A DNA stretch of 64,000 nt from Candidatus Latescibacterota bacterium (GTDB lineage: Bacteria; Latescibacterota; UBA2968): contig OZ241986.1 of NCBI GenBank assembly GCA_965204375.1, forward strand, positions 3,552,001 through 3,616,000, read 5' to 3'. The notes below the pieces were generated by a model, which did no database searches, had not been told where the DNA came from, and was given only the letters and a program-made list of their open reading frames with translations. The position numbers and the translations under genes are program-made. Of the stretch, positions 41,725 through 49,243 are shown piece by piece. Each line of letters opens with the position of its first letter. Position 1 is the stretch's first letter.

Positions 41725-42729
41725 CTAAAATTTTTCGCTTTCTTTCAGCATCACAAGTTTACTTACCCGATCAATTTCTCGCTCCTTGGCCGCCTTCAAA
41801 TTGCGGAGCATAACTGACGTTTCAGATATGCAGGTGTCAAGAGCAATCTTCCAGTCCGTGCAAGGAATATTTTCAACATACGACAATGATTGTCGATAAT
41901 AATCTATGGAATAATCGAGAATTTCTTCTGCCAGCCCTGTAAAATAAATCATGCGTGCCAGTTCTTCCAGAGTAATAGATTCTAATTTTTTTTTCAGTCC
42001 CTTTCTTTCAATGATTTGAGACAAAAGATACGAATATCTTCCAGCCAAAAAATCTATGCGCCAATCTTTAAGATCATCACGAAACTGTAGTCCTGTAAAA
42101 AAAGCATCTAAGGATTTTTCAAAGGGCCGGATCAGATCGGGGGAATGAGATAAACAGGCTAGAGCAGTTGTCGCCATTTGGGCGGTAGAGGCTTTATCTG
42201 AGGCAATTTTAAACGCCTCATCCAAAGAATAAGAAGTGGGATTATTCCATTTTGTTCTTTCTTCTAATGTTGCAGTAATAACGCGCCGTTGGTACTTTTT
42301 GGCAAAGACCCAAAAATCCGAACTTTTTGAAAATAAATCATTTAGCAACACATACGCATGATCCCTTAAAAGTGAAACTAAAAAATAGGCATCTACTTTA
42401 AGTGCTTCTTGCTCATCAAAAATATCGTCCATATACATTGTATAGAGATATATTGATCTATTAGCAAAATATAATTTCTTATGCGTATCTTCATCTAAAA
42501 CAAATGCCTGTGAGAACAGATATGTAAAGGAAGTATATATATCATTACCCAAAAATATGGGATCTTGTAAAGCCGTCTCCAAGTTATACTCTTCACAAAT
42601 CTGCGATATGAATTGATAAAATTCTACTTCGGATTTTTTAATAGATATATCGTCCTGAAGGCCAAAATTCAATGAAGAAATTTCATCCTCCAGAGACTCA
42701 AATGGGTCTAATGGTAAATGCTTATCCAT
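41725..42729 (-). CDS. Class I isoprenoid-synthase-fold enzyme (ComQ-like prenyltransferase or terpene synthase)
   Basis: Two Asp-rich motifs, YMDDIFDE and QFRDDLKDW, with DKAS before the second; no RRG loop after the first motif. Confidence 0.75.
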   Translation of the reverse strand: MDKHLPLDPFESLEDEISSLNFGLQDDISIKKSEVEFYQFISQICEEYNLETALQDPIFLGNDIYTSFTYLFSQAFVLDEDTHKKLYFANRSIYLYTMYMDDIFDEQEALKVDAYFLVSLLRDHAYVLLNDLFSKSSDFWVFAKKYQRRVITATLEERTKWNNPTSYSLDEAFKIASDKASTAQMATTALACLSHSPDLIRPFEKSLDAFFTGLQFRDDLKDWRIDFLAGRYSYLLSQIIERKGLKKKLESITLEELARMIYFTGLAEEILDYSIDYYRQSLSYVENIPCTDWKIALDTCISETSVMLRNLKAAKEREIDRVSKLVMLKESEKF

Positions 42730-42804
42730 ATAAAGGTCCTTGGTGAAAACTCCGAAAGAGATGGGTTTGCTTGCTGCATCGGGTAGTCAAGCCATAGTTA
42801 TTCT

Positions 42805-45228
42805 TCAATTGAGCCGTGCAAAACTAGCCCGTATTGAAAACCCATCCTCGTCCAGCCTTTTGGTCGCGTCAATGCGTATCAAGTGATATATGTTTAAAGA
42901 GATACCGGCTTCGTGATAGAATTTGTCGAGGACATGGGGATCATATTGCAGGGTGTCTAATTTCTCTTTTGATATCCAAGTTCGCCCCGATCCACCATAT
43001 AGTATGACCTCAAAGCCATTTCTAGCCAAATATTCCATATTGAAAATTTCAAAGGGTGCAGAGCGAAAATTGTGCTGCCAGTAAACACCGAAATATTTTT
43101 CGCCTTCATAAGGATAGCCACCTAAATGCTTGAAAGTGCCAAATGAGGTGAAGGGACGCCAAACATCCAAAACGCCGAAACGCTGTACGGGTAAATCACC
43201 CGTAAAAGTTCCAGCCGTAACGCGAACATCTAAAACATTGGGTACTGCACGACGCTTCAAGAATGTTTCAATACGCCAATCAAAACCCAAATCGTATTTG
43301 ACATAAGAGAAATCGCTTTTTAAGAGATCTAAAGAACCCCATTCAACCCAAGCAGTTGCACACTTATAACGAGACTCTCGAAAGCGAAATCTGAAATCAA
43401 TATAACGAAGCCGACCTTCATCAATGGGTGGATTTATGCGTTGGCTTATATCTCTTCCCAGAATGTTGAAATCCGTCTGTTTGCTCAACAAAGAGTGCTT
43501 TTCATCATGGAATCCCAAAGACAATCTCCCTTTTCCCCGCGAAAATCGCTGTGTAATATCAAAATTCGCAGATTTGCGCCAATAATAATCGTAGTAATCG
43601 TCCAATCCCAGTAGGGTAAAGCCACTTTGCAAAGCAACGTCGGTCAAATTGCCAAGACCGTAATTGAGATTGCCAGAACCGTAATGATAAGAATGATACC
43701 GTTCGGCGATAGCGGTTTGATGATAAAATCGTAGTTCACCGACATTCCTTGTTCCCCTACCCCATCCATACCGGAATCTAATAAGATAAGGCCTGTAGGA
43801 GAGGCCCTGAGAATATTCTCCTCCCAAGTCCAATCCATATCGTCTTCCCGTAGCTTGATTGAGCAGTGCTGAGTAAATGATCATATTCACTCTCGCCATG
43901 CTTACACGATTATAGCCTCCCGGATTAATACGCCACCCAAAAATAGGTCTCCATCCCTTGCGTCTCTGAGATTTTTTTGCAGATTTTAACGACTCTAAGC
44001 TCATTTGAGTCCAACGCGCTATCGGACCAGAAGGCGGGAATGCCTTGCGAATAGTCAATTTTTCATCAATTTCACGATATGCTTTTTTTTCCCTTGCGCT
44101 ATTAGGAAATCTTGTGAACAAGCTGTCCCTCCGAATCGAAACAGAATCAACTGAAACAATCTGGTTTTGCTCGAAAATTGACGTGGAAAGTTTTTTGTTT
44201 ACCTCGAAATTGTTTAACTGTGTAATGACCGTTATTTTGCCTTTGGGAATCTTTAGTACCCCAGGTATTGATACCCTCCCTTCAATCTGCAGGTGAAAAT
44301 CAATGGGCAACCACACATCGTCGCCAAATCTCTGAAACTGTTGGAGAAAGGAGACTTGTACCCCCCTGACAAAGGAAACGAACGAAAATACAATCGGACT
44401 AGGGTTTACTTCTGCGCGTAAGATTACAAAGGCTTCATCTAAAACAAATACCCGGCCCATAAAAGCTGGTTGGAGTTTGGTCTTAGGACGCAGGGATATT
44501 TCATAGATAGTCTGTCCACCATTGTATTGTTGCTCACGCAACTCAAAACGGTAAAAATCGAGTGCGTCTGGATGTGTAGGACCAATAATACGGTTTCCCG
44601 CGAAAACAATCTCATCATCATAAATGTTGGGCAGCGATTTGAGAGCTTTAAAAACTGAATATGTATATAACCATTCTGGCACGTTTTTGGTATGGCGTTT
44701 AGACACAATAAACTCGCGAAAACCCCGATCGCGATCCCAATGAATTTCAGACACCAGATCTCCTATCCCAACAATACGCGCTTCATTTTCAACATTTTCA
44801 GCGACTTGCCGCGTATATGCCATCGCCTTAAAACGCTTCAGCTTTGGACGCCATTGACCCTTTTTCTCAATGACTTTTTGCATAATTGCCGATCCCATAT
44901 CAGACGTTACAACAATTTCCTCAAACGGGTATGCCACAGGCTGCATTTTGATGGACAGAACCTCAGCAGCCTCATTCACGAAAACCTTCTGATCAGCATA
45001 TCCAATATGCGTAATAAGCAACGTGACAGGTAATCCTGAGACCTCGAGCACAAATACACCGTCTTCATTAGATATCGTTGCAAAAAATGTATCCTTAGCT
45101 CTAATATTGGCAGTCGCTAATGGCTGCCTGCTATCCGCATCGACAATTTTACCGGAGATCATAACTTGACCATTTGCACTTTCACAAAATACAAGGAAGA
45201 TATACGCCACTATAATGAAAATCCTCAT
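42805..45228 (-). CDS. Outer-membrane protein, carboxypeptidase-regulatory-like domain plus DUF5686-like barrel
   Basis: Signal peptide; ISGKIVDADSRQPLATANI, SNEDGVF, HIGY; IIGP...A...YRF; aromatic-rich beta C-terminus. Confidence 0.75.
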   Translation of the reverse strand: MRIFIIVAYIFLVFCESANGQVMISGKIVDADSRQPLATANIRAKDTFFATISNEDGVFVLEVSGLPVTLLITHIGYADQKVFVNEAAEVLSIKMQPVAYPFEEIVVTSDMGSAIMQKVIEKKGQWRPKLKRFKAMAYTRQVAENVENEARIVGIGDLVSEIHWDRDRGFREFIVSKRHTKNVPEWLYTYSVFKALKSLPNIYDDEIVFAGNRIIGPTHPDALDFYRFELREQQYNGGQTIYEISLRPKTKLQPAFMGRVFVLDEAFVILRAEVNPSPIVFSFVSFVRGVQVSFLQQFQRFGDDVWLPIDFHLQIEGRVSIPGVLKIPKGKITVITQLNNFEVNKKLSTSIFEQNQIVSVDSVSIRRDSLFTRFPNSAREKKAYREIDEKLTIRKAFPPSGPIARWTQMSLESLKSAKKSQRRKGWRPIFGWRINPGGYNRVSMARVNMIIYSALLNQATGRRYGLDLGGEYSQGLSYRPYLIRFRYGWGRGTRNVGELRFYHQTAIAERYHSYHYGSGNLNYGLGNLTDVALQSGFTLLGLDDYYDYYWRKSANFDITQRFSRGKGRLSLGFHDEKHSLLSKQTDFNILGRDISQRINPPIDEGRLRYIDFRFRFRESRYKCATAWVEWGSLDLLKSDFSYVKYDLGFDWRIETFLKRRAVPNVLDVRVTAGTFTGDLPVQRFGVLDVWRPFTSFGTFKHLGGYPYEGEKYFGVYWQHNFRSAPFEIFNMEYLARNGFEVILYGGSGRTWISKEKLDTLQYDPHVLDKFYHEAGISLNIYHLIRIDATKRLDEDGFSIRASFARLN

Positions 45229-45280
45229 AGCATCCCCAATATCTCTGATAGAATCTCTAAATTCTGTCTCTCTTGCAATG

Positions 45281-45313
45281 AAAACTACCTGCTTGCAATA
45301 GGCAAGCAGGTAG
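45281..45313 (-). terminator. Intrinsic terminator downstream of precursor A
   Basis: Minus strand reads CTACCTGCTTGC-ctatt-GCAAGCAGGTAG-TTTT. Confidence 0.75.
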
Positions 45314-45449
45314 ACAGGCCAATACTGTAATTAAAGTTTTTTTTACTCTCAGAACCGAAGTCGTCAACTTCACTAACTATGCACTTTGAAACGAGGCAGT
45401 GGATTGCTGGTTATTTGCCTTCTACAAAAGCATTCTCAGGTACTATTAC

Positions 45450-45701
45450 CTAAGAGCCATCATCATCACTACCATCATCACTACCATCATCACTACCATC
45501 ATCATCATTATTATTATTTTCTATACCACAACCATTGTCAGCATCATCGCATCCGATGTTGATGTAGCATGCTGTAAAAGGAGACATTTCGAGTCTTTCT
45601 TCAAGAACATCAACGGCCAGATCCTCATACAGTTCAGGATATGAGATAATATGTGCTTTGAGATCGGTTTCCGAAGAAATTTGGGAAGAAAATTTATCCA
45701 T
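45450..45701 (-). CDS. Putative RiPP precursor peptide A (83 aa)
   Basis: RBS AAGGAGGG; leader ending VLEERLEM; core SPFTACYINIGCDDADNGCGIE; acidic tail (DDGS)n; directly downstream of rSAM/SPASM. Confidence 0.8.
   Translation of the reverse strand: MDKFSSQISSETDLKAHIISYPELYEDLAVDVLEERLEMSPFTACYINIGCDDADNGCGIENNNNDDDGSDDGSDDGSDDDGS
45461..45496. repeat. 3 x 12-bp tandem repeat encoding DDGS
   Basis: CATCATCACTAC x3, followed by CAT/TAT triplet runs. Confidence 0.9.
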
Positions 45702-45803
45702 GATACTACCCTCCTTAATTAAAGGTTACTTGATTAAAGACTTATATAGATGACATCATTGTTGATACTGGCATCAAAACATAGTATCTCCTTTCTTGAA
45801 AAT

Positions 45804-47561
45804 TTATACACTTTGTAAGGTCTGTTGTTTACACTCCTCAAATATCTCAGGCACAATCGTATGAAAAACTCTGGGATACTCATCGCAATAGGATGTCTTG
45901 ATATTGCCGTTATTCTTTACATAAGCATGTGCAGCACACCCACCGCCGCAAAAGAAAGCATATTTGCACTTACTACAAGATGGTACATTGGAAATATTCC
46001 GATCATACCACTCTGATAAACGTTTATCATTGAATTCAACTTTATCTACAAAACTTCCAACTTTATACCGCTCTACCCCCACTAAGTCCCAGCACGTATA
46101 GAGATCTCCATAAGGATCAAAGATCAACATATTGGTCTGTGCACCACAGAAAACAGGCTTGAAACTCAACAGTCCCTTGCCCTCAAAAGCCTTCTTGAAG
46201 GTCTGTCTAATGCCATAGTCCTGGCAAGAAATTTGATGCATCATGTCGGGGTTTTCTTTTGCAAACTGATAGTATTTGCGCGTGAATTCTCTTCTTGGTA
46301 TCACTGAAATTTCGCCGTTTTGAGGCTGGTTTGATTCCATCTCTTGAGATATTTTTTCCTGGTTAATTGGATGTGTACCGTTTTGGTAGTTCAAGAAAAT
46401 TTCTTCCTCTCGTTCTACATCTATGTATTGCTCTTCATCTATGAGCATTTCAGAAGCGGTGTGCAACTGTGCCTGGAGTTCAAGTTTCTCAGAAGTTTTC
46501 TGTTTTTTACTCTCACTGAAGGATATGACAGAGGCAACAGACTCGGCGGATCCGAAATCTGCTGCTGGTGCTTCAATTGAAATAAGAGGGGCTGTTTGAC
46601 CATAATTGCCTGGCGTCTTTTTACCGGACATTGTAGCACTACACGACATGCCCTCTTCAACCTGATGTACCAAAGCAGAATAGGCTGAAAATTTTGGATA
46701 CTCTGTAAATCCTCTATCTTTGAACAAATCAAATAATGCAGGCAAAATATCCACATTGTCGTAATCTGTATTGATCCGCATTGAAATCTGCACATCAAGC
46801 GACAGGGCAAGTGCCACATTTTTTATTATGGCGTCAAAGCTATCTCTCGCACGATAATGTGGACGCTTGCGATTGTGATTTTCTTCTTCGCCATCTAAGG
46901 TGATCTGAAGACGCCCGATTTTTTTCGGACTTAATAGGTCTGTGAAATGGTGGAGGTCATATCCATTTGTAATGGCTTTAAAAGTGTAACCGCGTTTCAA
47001 ACCTTCATCTACGATATACTTCACGATCTCTTTATTTTTGGCCAATAAAGGCTCTCCACCATATAGAGTAATGTTTTTGCTATGCATGGCTTTATTGGGC
47101 TGGATTTCACACATTGCTTGGTATGCACGGTCAACCATTTCTTTTGTAAATACCTGCTTTGACCAACCCCTTCCATAATCTGAAATGCCATTTTCAAAAC
47201 AATAGGGACAGCGGAAGTTACAATCATAGGCCACCAAGAAAAGGAAAGATGCGGCACTGTGGCTTGCGGTATGATGAAGAAAGTTCGCCATGCTATGCAC
47301 GTATTCTCGTTCTTCCACAGGTGAACGGCTAGTCATATAGCCCCGCTTCATCAATGTATGGATCGTCTCTTTTGAACAAGGCAGTTGATCAAACATATCT
47401 TCAGAGATAACAATCCGACTCTTTATCATCCGAGCAACTTCTTTATTCACTCTATCTATTGCGCCCGTATATCCGTGAACGAGCAGAGAGTGATTTGGAT
47501 CTTCAGGCAAATTGACACAAATTGTATAGGATGATACGCGATATAACTCTGAACTTGCCAT
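45804..47561 (-). CDS. Radical SAM/SPASM peptide maturase A
   Basis: CNFRCPYC; YGGEPLL; SPASM CGA...CW...CSKCKYAFFCGGGC...C; N-terminal RRE-like region. Confidence 0.9.
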   Translation of the reverse strand: MASSELYRVSSYTICVNLPEDPNHSLLVHGYTGAIDRVNKEVARMIKSRIVISEDMFDQLPCSKETIHTLMKRGYMTSRSPVEEREYVHSMANFLHHTASHSAASFLFLVAYDCNFRCPYCFENGISDYGRGWSKQVFTKEMVDRAYQAMCEIQPNKAMHSKNITLYGGEPLLAKNKEIVKYIVDEGLKRGYTFKAITNGYDLHHFTDLLSPKKIGRLQITLDGEEENHNRKRPHYRARDSFDAIIKNVALALSLDVQISMRINTDYDNVDILPALFDLFKDRGFTEYPKFSAYSALVHQVEEGMSCSATMSGKKTPGNYGQTAPLISIEAPAADFGSAESVASVISFSESKKQKTSEKLELQAQLHTASEMLIDEEQYIDVEREEEIFLNYQNGTHPINQEKISQEMESNQPQNGEISVIPRREFTRKYYQFAKENPDMMHQISCQDYGIRQTFKKAFEGKGLLSFKPVFCGAQTNMLIFDPYGDLYTCWDLVGVERYKVGSFVDKVEFNDKRLSEWYDRNISNVPSCSKCKYAFFCGGGCAAHAYVKNNGNIKTSYCDEYPRVFHTIVPEIFEECKQQTLQSV

Positions 47562-47811
47562 TAAAAGACCTCCCTTGGTGTATGGGCATTACACTTGTAT
47601 TTATATGCTTATCTTACCTAATCGCCTATCACTATGAAAAATGGATGGCGTAGGATGCTTGTTCTGCACTACCACTAAAATGGAGCAACTCCAAATGATT
47701 CCACACATAGAAGAGTTAGAGGGGAGTTGACAACCCATCGATCAAAAGATATCTTAAACCATTCAAGCTCACATTCCCAAATGCTTGAGCTTTGAACTGC
47801 TGTTGCAGTCT

Positions 47812-47854
47812 GCCGCCGACACTCGACTTGCCAGAGTCTGTCGGCGGCTTTTTT
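47812..47854 (+). terminator. Intrinsic terminator oriented on the + strand
   Basis: GCCGCCGACA-N17-TGTCGGCGGC-TTTTTT. Confidence 0.7.
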
Positions 47855-47908
47855 GTGATGTGAATGATAATATGATTGCCCCTATAGTTTCAAGCCCAAA
47901 AGTTTGTC

Positions 47909-48616
47909 CTAATCTGCAAAATTTGTTCCAGTTGCTACTTTTTTTCGATATATTGTCGGACTAACTCCATACTTCTCTTTGAAAATCTTGCTAAAAGTCG
48001 ATAAAGATCCAAATCCACACAGGTAAGCAATTTCCGAAAGGGTATATGATGTGTTCTTCAACGCTTCCTCAGCCTTTGTTAGGCGTACATTCCGAAGGCA
48101 CATCCTGAATGGCATTCCCAGGTGCTTTTTAAATAATTTATGTCCATAGCTTTCCGAGAACCTGAAATGACGCATGATATCTTCAAATCTCAGCTTTGGA
48201 TTGCTGTAATTCGCCTCCAAAAATGATTCCAACCAACTCTTCCAAATATCTTGTAGAGGCATATATTTTTTGACCTTCGCCAAAAACACATCTTTCTTGA
48301 TGGGTTTATCAAATACACTCGCTGCACCAGCCTTGATCGCTTCCGCGCCCAATTCCATTTTTCCCAAACTTGTCATGATCAGTATAGTTGTCTGAATTTT
48401 TTCCGCCTTCACACGCTTCAATAGTGTCATACCATCCATACCCTTTATCTTCATCTCAACGACAGCAAGGCCGATCTCCTCTTTTCTTAAAATTTCAAGG
48501 CCTTCTATCCCGTTTCTCGCCGCGAATACTTCATAAAGTTCATCTCTCAAGAATCCTACAAGTTCTGATATTACAAATGGTTCATCATCTACAATCAAAA
48601 TTTGCTGCTTGTCCAT
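47909..48616 (-). CDS. Response regulator, REC plus AraC HTH (atypical receiver)
   Basis: ILIVDDE, VVEMKIKGMDG, KP; AraC motif EIAYLCGF...FSKIFKEKYGVSP..YR. Confidence 0.85.
   Translation of the reverse strand: MDKQQILIVDDEPFVISELVGFLRDELYEVFAARNGIEGLEILRKEEIGLAVVEMKIKGMDGMTLLKRVKAEKIQTTILIMTSLGKMELGAEAIKAGAASVFDKPIKKDVFLAKVKKYMPLQDIWKSWLESFLEANYSNPKLRFEDIMRHFRFSESYGHKLFKKHLGMPFRMCLRNVRLTKAEEALKNTSYTLSEIAYLCGFGSLSTFSKIFKEKYGVSPTIYRKKVATGTNFAD
47915..47931 (-). promoter_or_regulatory. Candidate sigma54 -24/-12 promoter facing RiPP locus A
   Basis: Minus strand CTGGAACAAATTTTGCA (GG-N10-GC), inside the last codons of the regulator. Confidence 0.4.
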
Positions 48617-48803
48617 TGACCCTCCTTTAGCAATGGTTGAGTTTACGATTTTACTCTGCTAATAAGTATTTATTTTAATAATTTAGATTAATACGAATTA
48701 TCAGGTCACAATAGATTGATCAAATTGGCGGAATCCGATCAGCATCTTACAACCTCGACGTAAAATCAAAGGCTCTTGAGAAGCCAGTAGCGAAGCCTTA
48801 ACA

Positions 48804-48839
48804 GAAAAAGCCCAACGGTTTAGTGGAGACCGTTAGGCT
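48804..48839 (-). terminator. Terminator after the patatin/KTSC-like genes
   Basis: Minus strand AGCCTAACGGT-N9-ACCGTTGGGCT-TTTT. Confidence 0.65.
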
Positions 48840-48920
48840 CCAAATTGAAATGTGATTTTCTATGTTCGTGGGTTTAGCGAAAACGCGATACAAGTCCTTA
48901 TACGGATACTCTCTTCTAAA

Positions 48921-48983
48921 AATGCGGTTGACCAGGCAATGGCCGTACATCTGAAGCCCCAACTGGTCCTAGATGCTTTGGAT
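48921..48983 (+). pseudogene. Possible IS3-family transposase remnant
   Basis: Translates as QAMAVHLKPQLVLDALD, resembling the IS3 rve segment W.M..H...LV.DAL. Confidence 0.3.
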
Positions 48984-49005
48984 TATGATATATCCAATTT
49001 TGTTC

Positions 49006-49233
49006 TTAGCGGAGCTTACTGGCGTAGTCTTTTCTTACACAACGATTGATGAAGCTGTTCAGACCCTCGCCTGCAATAGCCAATCGCTTCATGTGCTCAA
49101 TATTAGCACTACCCGCACTCTGATACGTATAGAGATAGATGGATCCATCACTAAACATCACCGTGATGGAGTCAGATCCTATCTCGTAAGCTACGACTCC
49201 AGAATCCCCGCCTCTGTTTCTATAGCGTTCCAT
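49006..49233 (-). CDS. Small conserved KTSC-like protein (75 aa)
   Basis: MERYRN.GGDSGVVAYEIG.DSI.V.F.DGSIYLY...SAG..NIEHMK.LA.AG.GLNSFI; ATG at 49233 after GAGGA. Confidence 0.7.
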   Translation of the reverse strand: MERYRNRGGDSGVVAYEIGSDSITVMFSDGSIYLYTYQSAGSANIEHMKRLAIAGEGLNSFINRCVRKDYASKLR

Positions 49234-49243
49234 ATATTCATCC

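Noticed and set aside
45399-45644. + strand ORF with IITT repeats
   Set aside because: It is the antisense shadow of the precursor A repeats; the minus-strand ORF has the RBS and operon context.
45774-45794. Strong RBS (AAGGAG) plus ATG-TTT-TGA between rSAM A and precursor A
   Set aside because: It encodes only Met-Phe and the alternative frames give nothing precursor-like. A relic or regulatory role is possible but unsupported.
48809-48839. GCCCAAC...GTTAGGC as an attC site
   Set aside because: At about 30 bp it is far below attC size; a terminator explains it better.
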